A stretch of 64,000 bases of DNA from Capnocytophaga sp. (GCF_030532915.1 NZ_JAUNKD010000014.1:1539-65538), one strand, 5' to 3'. Counted from the stretch's first letter, positions 27,987 through 38,239 are shown. Numbers and translations: made by a program. Notes: generated by a model not told the origin, from the letters alone.

Positions 27987-29430
27987 TTGCTAAAATATCG
28001 TTATGTAAATGCTCAAAAAACAATTCTGAAATCAGGTGCGTGCCTTTCGGGCTTAAATGCACATAATCAGAGGCTGCCATTCCTTTTTTAACCCAATCAA
28101 CCATTGAATTTTCACCGCCCATTGCTTCGTAAATGCTCCAAAAAGCAATGCCGTTGCTTGTGCATTCAACCTTCATCATTTCGTTCAGGGTGATGAGAAA
28201 CGGGTAGGTAATCATTTGTCCGTCTTTTGAAACTGACATATCGCCCGGTCCAATTACAATCACCGAAGCCCTTGGATTACTGCGTTTTACCCACCGGATG
28301 TTTTGAATAAACGAAAAGACGTAATCCACAATTTGCCTTTCACTTTCAAGATAGGGAACCGTATTTCCGCCAAACTGAAAAATAAAAATATCGGGTTTGC
28401 GAACGTTTGACATCTGTCGGAAATTTTCGTAGTTCAAACGGGTAAACAAATTCCCTGATTCACCCCGCATCGCCACGTTATCCATACGAACACCTTTCGT
28501 ATCGTCGAGTGTAATTCCATAAAAATCAGGGCTTACCGTGCCTTCCAACTCCACTTTTATTTCTTTGGGCGTTTCAACAAAATCAATTTTGAAGTTGTGA
28601 TAATTTCCGTCGGTGTTTAGTGAATCTTCTTTTATAAGTGTCCCGTCTTGGTAAACGGCAATTTTAGTTTTGTGTGTGCAATTCCCGTAATGCAAGCCAA
28701 ATTCTTTAAATTTTTGCAAGCGGTTATAGACTCTGGTTGAGGGTTTTATGATAAAAGAAGCCTTTTTAACGGTGGTTGTGTCAGTTGATTTGTACTCAGT
28801 AAATCGCGAAAAAGTGGTGTACAATCCGAACTTTTGATGCGGAACTTTTCGTCGGCTGTTGCGGTCAAAAAAAGCAAACCGAAACCAATTGGGGCTGGCT
28901 TGTAAATTAATGCTATTTTGTTGATAAGCAATCTTTATCGGAATAAATCCGGGACCACCACCACCAAAAAGCGTTTGAAACCGATTGCGAATATACACCG
29001 TAATGCGGTCGCCTTCAATTTGTGAATCGCCGTAGTGAACTATCTGGCAATTAGGTTGTTTCAGTTTTTCTTTAAGTTGAGTGATAAATTCATTGGCATT
29101 GTCTGGGTAGTAAATTCCTCCCGGGGTATGAGATGTTGTATTTTCTTCCTTGACGGTTTCAACAGCAACCGAAGCCGAATCTTGCACTGTTGTCTTAAGT
29201 TCGTCTTTCTTTTTTTCGATACTTTTGATGGCCTGTTTTGGCTGGGTGTTTTCAGACTTACTGCTTTTTAAAAGAATGTCGGAAGTCGGGTATTTTATGA
29301 TGGTACTCCCCATAACAATTCCCTCTCTTTCAAAACCTTGTGATGTTTTGTAATGCCCACTGAGAAATGTGAACATAAAAAGAGACAGAAGTACTCCGAT
29401 GATGAATATTGTTATTTTTTTGGGGGTCAT
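27979..29430 (-). CDS. membrane-anchored SGNH/GDSL-family hydrolase, putative partner O-acetyltransferase (PatB/AlgJ-like)
   Basis: N-terminal TM, charged linker, GDSQIEG (block I), C-terminal D..H (SDYVHLSPKG); overlaps MBOAT gene end by 8 nt (operon). Confidence 0.6.
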   Translation of the reverse strand: MTPKKITIFIIGVLLSLFMFTFLSGHYKTSQGFEREGIVMGSTIIKYPTSDILLKSSKSENTQPKQAIKSIEKKKDELKTTVQDSASVAVETVKEENTTSHTPGGIYYPDNANEFITQLKEKLKQPNCQIVHYGDSQIEGDRITVYIRNRFQTLFGGGGPGFIPIKIAYQQNSINLQASPNWFRFAFFDRNSRRKVPHQKFGLYTTFSRFTEYKSTDTTTVKKASFIIKPSTRVYNRLQKFKEFGLHYGNCTHKTKIAVYQDGTLIKEDSLNTDGNYHNFKIDFVETPKEIKVELEGTVSPDFYGITLDDTKGVRMDNVAMRGESGNLFTRLNYENFRQMSNVRKPDIFIFQFGGNTVPYLESERQIVDYVFSFIQNIRWVKRSNPRASVIVIGPGDMSVSKDGQMITYPFLITLNEMMKVECTSNGIAFWSIYEAMGGENSMVDWVKKGMAASDYVHLSPKGTHLISELFFEHLHNDILAIE

Positions 29431-29541
29431 TCCTTATTTTAAATTTTTGAAGCTACGAAAGTACACTTTTTTGATTATTTACAAAAATTTTGAACCAATA
29501 TTACCATAAATTTTAATTTTTTAATAGCTTTTTTACAATAA

Positions 29542-31428
29542 TTATAGCAATAAGGCTTCCCATTGGTTCATTAGCGTGTCCAATTCATTTCGTTTTTTCT
29601 CATAATTTACATAAAAATCATCATTTTGAGCCTCTTGTGCGATGCGTTCATTCATCTGATTGAGTTCATTTTCCACTTCGGTTATTTGTTTTTCGAGTTT
29701 ATTTATCTTATTTTGAAGCGCTTTTTGCTGTTTTTGCGCTTCAAATGATGGTTTTTCAACTTTTTTTGTGTTTTTTTCGTCAGAAGGTGCGTTTTTTTCT
29801 TGTTCCAGTTCACGAAAATGGCTTATTTCGCGTTGTTCCAGATAAAAATCAATGTCGCCTAAATATTCCTTGATGTTTTTATTTTTAAATTCGTACACTT
29901 TGTCGGTCAAACCTTGCAGAAAATCACGGTCGTGCGAAATGATGATGAGCGTCCCTTCAAAGGCTTGAAGTGCTTGTTTTAAAACATTTTTTGATTTGAT
30001 ATCCAGATGGTTAGTGGGCTCGTCCATTACCAAAACGTTAAAATCGGAAAGGAGCATTTTTGCCAAAGCCAACCGATTGCGTTCGCCCCCCGAAAGTACT
30101 TTTACTTTTTTCTCAACTTCATCGCCTCGGAACAGAAAAGAACCTAATATATCTCTGATTTTCATTCGATTACCGTCATTAGCGGCGTTGAACATCGTGT
30201 CGAGAATGGATAATTCACCATCGAGGTAATTCGCTTGATTTTGAGCGAAATAACCAAGCTGTACGTTATGCCCAAGTTTGATGTTTCCGTCAAACGGAAT
30301 TTCATTTACAATCATTTTTGCCAACGTGGTTTTTCCTTGTCCGTTTTGCCCCACAAAGGCAATTTTACTTCCTCTTTCTATCAGTAAATCAATGTTTTGC
30401 AGAACTTTCTTTGCTCCGTAATTCTTCGAGGCATTTTGGATTTCCAGTACCACTTTTCCGGGTGTTACCGAAACCGGAAAACGAACCGCCATCACGGCAT
30501 TGTCTTCCTCATCAACTTCAATGCGGTCAATTTTGTCTAATTTTTTGATAAGTGATTGAGCCATAGATGCTTTTGAGGCTTTGGCACGGAATTTTTCAAT
30601 GAGTCTTTCGGTTTGTTGTATCTTTTTTTCCTGATTTTTTTGCGAAGCCAGTTGCTGTTCGCGAATTTCCTGCCGATGTTCCAAAAATTGGGAATATGGC
30701 TTGGGATAATCGTAAATTTTCCCAACGGAAATCTCTATGGTTCTGTTAGTTACGTTGTCCAAAAACATTTTGTCGTGCGAGACGATAACCACCGCACCCG
30801 CGTATGAAGTCAGGAATTGCTCCAACCAGATGATGGATTCGATGTCCAAGTGGTTGGTAGGCTCGTCAAGTAACAGAATATCATTGTTTTGCAACAGAAG
30901 TTTCGCCAGTTCAATGCGCATTCGCCAGCCTCCTGAAAAAGTGTCGGTTTGTTTGTCAAAATCGGAACGCTGAAAGCCCAAACCGAGCAGCACTTTTTCC
31001 GTATCTCCTTGATATTGATAGCCTCCGATGATGTCGTAGCGGTGTGTGATTTCACTGAGCGAGTCCATCAATTGATGATACGATTCACTTTCATAATCAG
31101 TGCGTTGAGCCATTTGTTGCTGAATTTCGTCCATTTGATGCTCCAAGCGTTTGATTTCCTGAAAGGCTTGATAGGCTTCTTGCAAAATGGTTCTTCCGTT
31201 CTCAAAATCAATATCTTGCTTTAAAAAACCGATTTTGACATTCTTGTCAGTGGCAAGTTTTCCCGAATCGGGTTTTAGTTCTTTGGCGAGCAACTTCAAG
31301 AGTGTGGATTTTCCGGCTCCGTTTTTGCCGATAAGCCCCACGCGGTCGCCTGCGTTTAACATAAAAGCAACGTTTTCAAATAGATATTCGCCTTGAAATG
31401 AAATAGATAAATCGTGTACGTTTAACAT
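29542..31428 (-). CDS. ABC-F family ATPase (tandem ABC domains, C-terminal coiled coil)
   Basis: Two Walker A (GKNGAGKST, GQNGQGKTT), two signature motifs (FSGGWRMR, LSGGERNRL), no TM domains. Confidence 0.85.
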   Translation of the reverse strand: MLNVHDLSISFQGEYLFENVAFMLNAGDRVGLIGKNGAGKSTLLKLLAKELKPDSGKLATDKNVKIGFLKQDIDFENGRTILQEAYQAFQEIKRLEHQMDEIQQQMAQRTDYESESYHQLMDSLSEITHRYDIIGGYQYQGDTEKVLLGLGFQRSDFDKQTDTFSGGWRMRIELAKLLLQNNDILLLDEPTNHLDIESIIWLEQFLTSYAGAVVIVSHDKMFLDNVTNRTIEISVGKIYDYPKPYSQFLEHRQEIREQQLASQKNQEKKIQQTERLIEKFRAKASKASMAQSLIKKLDKIDRIEVDEEDNAVMAVRFPVSVTPGKVVLEIQNASKNYGAKKVLQNIDLLIERGSKIAFVGQNGQGKTTLAKMIVNEIPFDGNIKLGHNVQLGYFAQNQANYLDGELSILDTMFNAANDGNRMKIRDILGSFLFRGDEVEKKVKVLSGGERNRLALAKMLLSDFNVLVMDEPTNHLDIKSKNVLKQALQAFEGTLIIISHDRDFLQGLTDKVYEFKNKNIKEYLGDIDFYLEQREISHFRELEQEKNAPSDEKNTKKVEKPSFEAQKQQKALQNKINKLEKQITEVENELNQMNERIAQEAQNDDFYVNYEKKRNELDTLMNQWEALLL

Positions 31429-31467
31429 TCTGTGAACTTTAAGCGGGCAAAGATATGTATTTTTCTG

Positions 31468-34400
31468 TTATTTTTCGCTTTTCACGATGGTTCCGTCTTC
31501 TAAAAAAATCAGGTACTTTGCCGTGATTTTCCAGCCCATTGTTGCCAAATCGGTGGCGTAATCCTGCATTTGTTGCTCGTATTTCGGGTTGGGTTTTCCG
31601 GTTTTATAATCAATAATGATGGCTTCTTGGGTTTGCCGATTGTAAACAATACGGTCGGGTCTGAAAAATTTTCCATTTTGGTTAATGAATTCTTTTTCAA
31701 TGAAATATTCATATTTTTCGGTAAAAAAATCTGAAATTTCAGGGTGGTGAATCAAATCAAAAAGTTGCGGATAAATAACTTCATACTGAACGTTGGTCAG
31801 AATGCCTTCGGTAAGGAAGTTATTCATAACTTTTTCTAAATCAAAGTGATATGTTACTTTTGAGAGGATTTCGTGAATAAGATTTCCTTTTTCGATGGCG
31901 TGTTGCCGTGAAGTGTCCCACAGCAGTGATGCGCCCGTAGCGATTTTGTAATTAGGCTGCATTCCGTCTTTTTGAAAGTGAATCAGAGTGTCGGTTTCAG
32001 GTGTTGTTTTTTGTTTTTTTGCGGGGAAAACAGGCGTGCCAAACTCGTATGTTTGTACGGCTTCGTCCCAAGTGCTGTGTTGCTGAATAAAATGTTTGAA
32101 AAGCGTTCCGTAAGTTTCTGATTTTGATTCTTTTCCGCTTTTTGTTTTAGGCTGTGAAGTGATGACGTATAAAAACGATTCGGGGCGGGTTAATGCCACG
32201 TAAAGTACGTTAATTTGGTCTAACAATTGTTGCTCGTTGTGTTGCAGCATAAGTTGCTCTGAATGTGGCTCGTAGTGAATCCAATTTTTGCTAACCTGCA
32301 CCAAAAGCGACTGAAACCCACTGAATTCCGTCTCAGCAACCGGATACCAAATCGTGTCGTCTTTATGCTTGTCAATGAGCTTGTTATCAGCAAAAGCATA
32401 GATAATCACAGGAGCGGACAGCCCCTTGCTTTTATGTACGGTCATTATTGAAATGGCATCTAAGCCTTCGGGTGAACTGATGCTGATTTTGTCTTTTTCT
32501 TCTTCCCAAAAGGCTAAAAAATCAGCCAAACCACCTTTTCGAGCCGTTTTAAAATCGAATATTAAATCCAGAAAATGAGTTAAATACGCATCCGATTCCT
32601 TTGCTAAATCAAAACAATTGACGGCAAAAGTAACGCCTTCGTACAACGAATGTGTATTGAATTGAGTCAGTGAAAATCCGTAATCAGCAAAAAAGACATC
32701 AAGCGGAGCTTCAATATACTGGGTCATAAACTCGTGTACTTCTGTTATCTTTTTCACTCCGACGAAATTAAATAGCATTTTTGATTTAAGCTCTTGACTG
32801 TCTGAATTATAAATCAATTTCAGAAGGGATATTAAAAACTGTATGCTATCAACGTTTTTCAGCAATAACGAGTCGGGCGAGATGATATTTCTGCCTTTTG
32901 CCGATAAAAAAGAAGCCACGGCAGCACCTTCCGAATTTTTTCGCACCAATACGGTAATGTACTGGTCCTTAACCCCTGAGGCATTGGCGTGTTCAACAGC
33001 TTTTAAAATAGCTTGGCAATAAATGAGTTCTTTTTCGGTGAAATCGGTGGTGTTTTCGGAGGAATCAGTTTGATTTTCAGCTTCTTCATCTTCTTGTAAA
33101 TCAACAAAATGAATATTTACGTATCCTTCCGGTAATTCTTTTCCCTTTTTGATTTCAGGAAAATTTTGAGCAGCATTTTTGTACAACTCCCGATATGTTT
33201 CTGACTTAAATTTTTCTGAAATAAATCTGAAAAACAGGTTGTTAAACTGAATGATGCTGGGTAAACTTCTGTAATTTTCTTCCAAATCAACCACCCTTCC
33301 TTCAATTAAAAAAGGATTTTCATCACCCGAATACAACGAGATGAATTGTTCTGCTTTTCCGCCCCGCCATCGGTAAATGGATTGTTTGGCATCGCCCACC
33401 AATAGCACCGAGCCGCGTTGTTTGGTAAGCGTTTCGCTTTGTACTGCATTTAATATCAGCGGAATAAGGTTCTTCCATTGCAAAACGGACGTATCTTGAA
33501 ATTCATCGATAAAATAGTGGCGGTAACGCTCACCGATTCGTTCGTAAATGAATGGCGCGGGTTGTGTAGCTATTTCGTTGAAAATGATTGAATTAAATTC
33601 CCAAATGGGTAGGATATTTTCGTCTTCTTTAATCAGTTCAATTTCATTTTGAATGCGATTGAGTAACGCTAACGGAACCACATTTCGGAGTACATTTTTT
33701 ACAAAATTTAACAAACCAAAAGCTGATTTTATATTGTTAAAATAGGTAACGATTTGAGGTTGTAAAGCATCGATTAGGGCTGTGTTTAAGTTTTTTGCTG
33801 TTGATGCGTAAAGCGGTTTGTCGGGTAAATTTTCTTGCCAAGCACTTCCCCAGTTAGGTTCATTTTCAGGGTTTTGATTAAGTTTGTAAAAAAAATCGTA
33901 GGCATATCCACCTTTGAAAGCCGATTTATCCAATGCATTTTCGTCCAGTAACTTTAAAAAATCAGCAGCATTTTTTTGAATGGAATCAAGTGCCTTATTT
34001 TTTTTGTTCAACAAGTTCTTTTTTAACGCTTGAAAGTCGTATAAATTTTTGCTTTTCAGATTGTTAAGTTGCCAATAATGATTTTCAACGGTAAGCATTT
34101 GCGCAACACGAAGCAATTCGCCTGTGATGTCCCAGCTTTTATCTTCTTTGATTTTTTCTTTTGAAAATTCGTTTAAAAGTTGGGTCAGTTCGGCATCTTC
34201 TCCGGCTTGATTGAGCAAATTATCAACGGCGCGTTGCAAGAGTGTTTTTGCATCTAACTGAACTTCAAAGAATTGGTTCAGACGCAAGTCAAAGGCAAAA
34301 TTCCGAATCAGTTGGTGATTAAATCCGTCAATGGTGCTGATACTGAAAGCGGCATAGTTGTGCAAAATGTGTTTCAGTACCATTTCGGAGCGTATTTTCA

Positions 34401-34674
34401 GTTCGGTAGGTGCTATTTTTAGTTCTTTGCTCAGCTCTGAAAACATCGGGTCGGGCTGGCTCAGCATTTTGTCATCAGAGAAGAGGGTCAAGTACTCAAT
34501 AATTCGGTTTTTCATCTCAAAAACAGCCTTGTTGGTAAAGGTAATGGCTAATAATGAGCGAAATACTTCCGGATTTTTGTTGCTCAGCACAATTCGCAAA
34601 TAGGATTTTGCCAATCCGTAGGTTTTTCCGGAACCAGCAGAGGCATTGTATATAGTATATGAAGCGGGTTGCAT
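31468..34674 (-). CDS. UvrD-family helicase fused to C-terminal PD-(D/E)XK nuclease (AddA/RecB-like)
   Basis: 1068 aa; N-terminal Walker A ASAGSGKTY, helicase motifs (VDEFQDTS, YRS), C-terminal IIDYKTGK nuclease motif. Confidence 0.75.
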   Translation of the reverse strand: MQPASYTIYNASAGSGKTYGLAKSYLRIVLSNKNPEVFRSLLAITFTNKAVFEMKNRIIEYLTLFSDDKMLSQPDPMFSELSKELKIAPTELKIRSEMVLKHILHNYAAFSISTIDGFNHQLIRNFAFDLRLNQFFEVQLDAKTLLQRAVDNLLNQAGEDAELTQLLNEFSKEKIKEDKSWDITGELLRVAQMLTVENHYWQLNNLKSKNLYDFQALKKNLLNKKNKALDSIQKNAADFLKLLDENALDKSAFKGGYAYDFFYKLNQNPENEPNWGSAWQENLPDKPLYASTAKNLNTALIDALQPQIVTYFNNIKSAFGLLNFVKNVLRNVVPLALLNRIQNEIELIKEDENILPIWEFNSIIFNEIATQPAPFIYERIGERYRHYFIDEFQDTSVLQWKNLIPLILNAVQSETLTKQRGSVLLVGDAKQSIYRWRGGKAEQFISLYSGDENPFLIEGRVVDLEENYRSLPSIIQFNNLFFRFISEKFKSETYRELYKNAAQNFPEIKKGKELPEGYVNIHFVDLQEDEEAENQTDSSENTTDFTEKELIYCQAILKAVEHANASGVKDQYITVLVRKNSEGAAVASFLSAKGRNIISPDSLLLKNVDSIQFLISLLKLIYNSDSQELKSKMLFNFVGVKKITEVHEFMTQYIEAPLDVFFADYGFSLTQFNTHSLYEGVTFAVNCFDLAKESDAYLTHFLDLIFDFKTARKGGLADFLAFWEEEKDKISISSPEGLDAISIMTVHKSKGLSAPVIIYAFADNKLIDKHKDDTIWYPVAETEFSGFQSLLVQVSKNWIHYEPHSEQLMLQHNEQQLLDQINVLYVALTRPESFLYVITSQPKTKSGKESKSETYGTLFKHFIQQHSTWDEAVQTYEFGTPVFPAKKQKTTPETDTLIHFQKDGMQPNYKIATGASLLWDTSRQHAIEKGNLIHEILSKVTYHFDLEKVMNNFLTEGILTNVQYEVIYPQLFDLIHHPEISDFFTEKYEYFIEKEFINQNGKFFRPDRIVYNRQTQEAIIIDYKTGKPNPKYEQQMQDYATDLATMGWKITAKYLIFLEDGTIVKSEK

Positions 34675-34730
34675 AGTTAATTTTCAGCTAATTTTACATA
34701 AAAAAAGAATGAGATGCTAATCTAAAAAAT

Positions 34731-34768
34731 AAACTCCAAACGAGTTAAAGTTTGGAGTTTATTTTTTT
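34731..34768. terminator. bidirectional rho-independent terminator downstream of hemD-like gene
   Basis: AAACTCCAAA-cgagttaaag-TTTGGAGTTT hairpin flanked by A-run and T8 run. Confidence 0.7.
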
Positions 34769-34778
34769 TAAGATTTTA

Positions 34779-35528
34779 TTATTTTCGCCCGTTCACCTTG
34801 CTGATGTATTGCTCTAAGGCTTTTGTCATTGACGGATTTTCGGGTGAAGGTGCTTTGATGTCGATGGTGAGTCCGGCACTTTCGGCGGCTTTCAGGGTTG
34901 AGTCGCCATAAACGGCGATGCGCGTTTTTTTCTGTGCAAAATTCGGGAAATTTTTAAACAATGATTCAATGCCGGCAGGGCTGAAAAATGCTAAAATATC
35001 ATAATTAATTTCCTTAATACCGGATAAATCACAATGCACGGTACGATAAAAAACGCCTCGTTCCCATTTCAATTTCAAATCGTCAAGTGCTTTTGAAATT
35101 TCGGGTTTTTGTGTGTCTGACCCCGGCAACAGAAAGTTTTCCTCTTTGTATTTTTTTAAGGTTGGCAACAAATCGGCAAATGATTTTTTACCTACGTAAA
35201 TCTTTCGTTTTCGGTAAGTTATGTACTTTTGCAGGTAGTATGCAATGGTCTCGGACTGGCAGAAATACTTCATCGTATCAGGCACTTTGAAACGCATTTC
35301 TTCTGCAATTCGGAAGTAATGATCAACCGATTTTCGGCTGGTTAAGATGATAGCTGTAAATTTAGTTAAATCAATTTTTTGAATTCGGATGTCTTTGGCT
35401 GACATTCCCTCCACTTTAATAAACGGAATGAAATCAATTTTTACTTTTTGACTTTCAATTATTTGAGTGTAAGGAGAGCCTTCTGCTTTGGGCTCGGGTT
35501 GTGAAACTAAAATTGTTTTTACTTTCAT
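34779..35528 (-). CDS. hemD: uroporphyrinogen-III synthase-like protein
   Basis: 249 aa, HemD-sized two-lobed pattern (…ILVSQPEPK… N-terminus); supported by the conserved Bacteroidota neighbourhood with a DUF4271 membrane protein. Confidence 0.5.
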   Translation of the reverse strand: MKVKTILVSQPEPKAEGSPYTQIIESQKVKIDFIPFIKVEGMSAKDIRIQKIDLTKFTAIILTSRKSVDHYFRIAEEMRFKVPDTMKYFCQSETIAYYLQKYITYRKRKIYVGKKSFADLLPTLKKYKEENFLLPGSDTQKPEISKALDDLKLKWERGVFYRTVHCDLSGIKEINYDILAFFSPAGIESLFKNFPNFAQKKTRIAVYGDSTLKAAESAGLTIDIKAPSPENPSMTKALEQYISKVNGRK

Positions 35529-35589
35529 AAATTTATTTGCTTTGCGCTAAATATTCTTCTAACAAAAAGGGGAAACCCCGAATTTATTT

Positions 35590-36246
35590 CTATAAAAATC
35601 GATGTCCGTAGGTTAAAAAAATGTAAGGCGCTATTTCAAGGGTGCAAAGATACAAAATAAAATAAATAATATACCGTTTTATTGCATTTTGGTTCATTTT
35701 TATTATCGTAACCCAACTTAATAGGTTGATAACTAAAAAGATAAGTAAAAGGATGTAAAAATAGATTTCTTTCAGCTCGGTAGCGTACATCACAAAAAAT
35801 AACAGCATAATCATCAAAAGAGCGGCGTAACTGGAATAGGCAATCCGAGTGAAAATATAGGGTTTTGCAAAATTTTTAAGTTCAAAAAGTGAACTTATCC
35901 ATTTTTGAATTGCTAATTTAATCATAAAAAAAAGCAAAATACCTATAATAATATCTAAAAAAAGAAAATGACTCACAAGGGTTTTAATTTGGAGGAATTG
36001 CGCCCAAACATAGAAAAACAACCCTAATGAAATCCATTGTAAAAACAAGGAAACTACGGTGAAAGGTTGTACTTTCCGTTCTTTTTTTTCATAAATAACG
36101 ATGTATTTATTATCAAACGGAAGTTTTAAATATTCCCAAAAATGATTCGGATACGCCACACGAAGCAGTGCAACGACCGCAAAAATGCCCAAAAAAGCCG
36201 GAAAAATCCAAGGTAGGGAAGCGTTATTTAGTGCGATAGATTCCAA
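35590..36246 (-). CDS. DUF4271-like integral membrane protein
   Basis: 218 aa, ~6 TM helices, Bacteroidota-specific family commonly adjacent to hemD. Confidence 0.5.
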   Translation of the reverse strand: MESIALNNASLPWIFPAFLGIFAVVALLRVAYPNHFWEYLKLPFDNKYIVIYEKKERKVQPFTVVSLFLQWISLGLFFYVWAQFLQIKTLVSHFLFLDIIIGILLFFMIKLAIQKWISSLFELKNFAKPYIFTRIAYSSYAALLMIMLLFFVMYATELKEIYFYILLLIFLVINLLSWVTIIKMNQNAIKRYIIYFILYLCTLEIAPYIFLTYGHRFL

Positions 36247-36250
36247 TGTA

Positions 36251-36661
36251 TCAATTATTTATGGGTTCACTTGTTAATTCAGTCGTGTTGATAATTTCAT
36301 CAATTGGTTGTTGGTTTTCTTTTTCAGTGGGGGCTGAAAGTTTTTGACGTTCTTCTTTCAGGCGAGCCTCTACTTTTTTGATGATTTTATCGTATTTATT
36401 TGGAAATGAGGCGTAGTACACCATATTTTCAATCAGTGAGAGGCTGTCGGTATCGTGTTTTTTGTACACAAAATCATTGACGTTGATTTTCAGCGAATCC
36501 AGCAGTGAATAGTCAGTGAGCCGAACCCCGTCAATGATTGCCAAATCATACATCAAATCTTCCATTTGCTTTTCGGAAAGCATTTTTTCAGGGGGCGGAA
36601 CAACACTTTGCCCACAAGCCGTTATCAAACTGATTATTAGTATGTAAATGTAATTTTTCAT
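36251..36661 (-). CDS. small lipoprotein (DUF4296-like) downstream of pyrC
   Basis: Probable start MKNYIYILIISLITACGQ (ATG at 36661) with lipobox; 4-nt gap from pyrC stop. Confidence 0.45.
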   Translation of the reverse strand: MKNYIYILIISLITACGQSVVPPPEKMLSEKQMEDLMYDLAIIDGVRLTDYSLLDSLKINVNDFVYKKHDTDSLSLIENMVYYASFPNKYDKIIKKVEARLKEERQKLSAPTEKENQQPIDEIINTTELTSEPINN

Positions 36662-36665
36662 TCGT

Positions 36666-38003
36666 TTAACGATTAAAAAGAATTCGTTTTCCGTATGGTA
36701 CGGGATTGATTTTTCCGTTGTCAAAAGCCAGATTTCCGTTCACAAAAGTAGCTATTATTTTTGAATGGAAAGTAGTCCCTTCAAAAGGAGACCAGCCGCA
36801 TTTGTACAAAATGTTGTTTTTGCTCACTTGCCAAGGTGCGTTTAAGTCCGCCAAAACCAAGTCGGCAAAATAGCCTTCGCGGATAAACCCACGGTCTTTC
36901 ACTTCGAAAAGAATAGCCGGATTGTGGCACATTTTTTCAATTATTTTTTCAATGGAAATTTTTCTATTTCGCACATTTTCAAGCATTGCTACGAGTGAAT
37001 GTTGCACCAAAGGACCGCCCGAAGGGATTTTTCCGTATGCCGAATTTTGCTTTTCATCAAGTGTGTGCGGGGCATGGTCGGTGGCGATAACGTCCAAGCG
37101 GTCATCAAGCAGAGCTGTCCACAATTCGGCTCGGTCAGCAGGGGTTTTCACGGCAGGATTCCACTTGATGAGGCTTCCTTTTTCTTGGTAGTCTTCATCG
37201 GAAAACCATAAATGATGCACGCATACTTCGGCAGTTATTTTTTTGTCTTTCAATGGAATAGTATTGTCGAAAAGTGCTGTTTCACGTCCTGTTGAAAGGT
37301 GGAAAACGTGCAGTCTTGCGCCCGTTTTCCGAGCTAAATCAACCGCCTTTGATGACGAAATGTAACAGGCTTCACCACTGCGGATTAGCGGGTGCATTTT
37401 CATCGGAATGTTTTCGCCGTATTGTTGCGTGTAAATTTCCAAATTTTTGCGAATGGTTTGCTCATCTTCACAATGTGCGGCAATGACCAAATCGATATTT
37501 GAAAAAATGGTTTCGATTGTTTTTTCATTGTCTACGAGCATGTTACCGGTGGAAGAGCCTAAAAATAATTTTATTCCCACGCAGGCATTACGGTTGAGTT
37601 TTTTGAGTTCTTCGAGGTTGTCATTAGTTCCGCCAAGAAAAAAAGAATAGTTGGCAAAGGCTGTTTTTGAGGCGATTGCAAATTTTTCTTCAAGTAGGTC
37701 TAAGGTTGTTGTTTGTGGCAAAGTGTTGGGTTGCTCAAAAAAAGTGGTAACACCACCAGCAACGGCAGCAGCGCTTTCAGTGGCAATGGTTGCTTTATGT
37801 GTCAAGCCCGGTTCGCGAAAATGCACTTGGTCATCAATCACGCCCGGAAGCAGGTACTTTCCTTGTCCGTCAATGATTTTATAATTGTGTTGTGCTTGAA
37901 TTTGAGGAGCAATTTTTGCAATTCGATCATTATCAATAAGTACATCGCCTTGCTGAATGGTATTCTCATTAACAATAAGTACGTTGGTGATGAGTGTTTT
38001 CAT
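36666..38003 (-). CDS. pyrC: dihydroorotase (long, amidohydrolase superfamily)
   Basis: 445 aa; metal-binding DDQVHFREPG motif and amidohydrolase fold pattern. Confidence 0.75.
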   Translation of the reverse strand: MKTLITNVLIVNENTIQQGDVLIDNDRIAKIAPQIQAQHNYKIIDGQGKYLLPGVIDDQVHFREPGLTHKATIATESAAAVAGGVTTFFEQPNTLPQTTTLDLLEEKFAIASKTAFANYSFFLGGTNDNLEELKKLNRNACVGIKLFLGSSTGNMLVDNEKTIETIFSNIDLVIAAHCEDEQTIRKNLEIYTQQYGENIPMKMHPLIRSGEACYISSSKAVDLARKTGARLHVFHLSTGRETALFDNTIPLKDKKITAEVCVHHLWFSDEDYQEKGSLIKWNPAVKTPADRAELWTALLDDRLDVIATDHAPHTLDEKQNSAYGKIPSGGPLVQHSLVAMLENVRNRKISIEKIIEKMCHNPAILFEVKDRGFIREGYFADLVLADLNAPWQVSKNNILYKCGWSPFEGTTFHSKIIATFVNGNLAFDNGKINPVPYGKRILFNR

Positions 38004-38231
38004 AAAAATGCGTATTTTGCCACAAAAGTACTTTTTATTTTGCGAAAACCAAAATAAGTGAATGAAATTATATGTTGGTACTGCCGAAAAAGAGTTTTTA
38101 AATAAAAAGAAAGTTTTCGCAAAAAAAAAATATCGTCTTGTACTTTATTATAATACAACTCACTACTAATAATTATTGATAATATCCTCTCTTTTTTGTT
38201 TTAATAATTTTGTCATTATGTTAATATGTTG

Positions 38232-38239
38232 TATATTTG
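38232..38239 (+). promoter_or_regulatory. candidate Bacteroidota sigma-A -7 element (TAtaTTTG) for the SusC/SusD/GH18 operon
   Basis: Match to TAnnTTTG consensus ~210 bp upstream of the SusC-like start. Confidence 0.3.
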
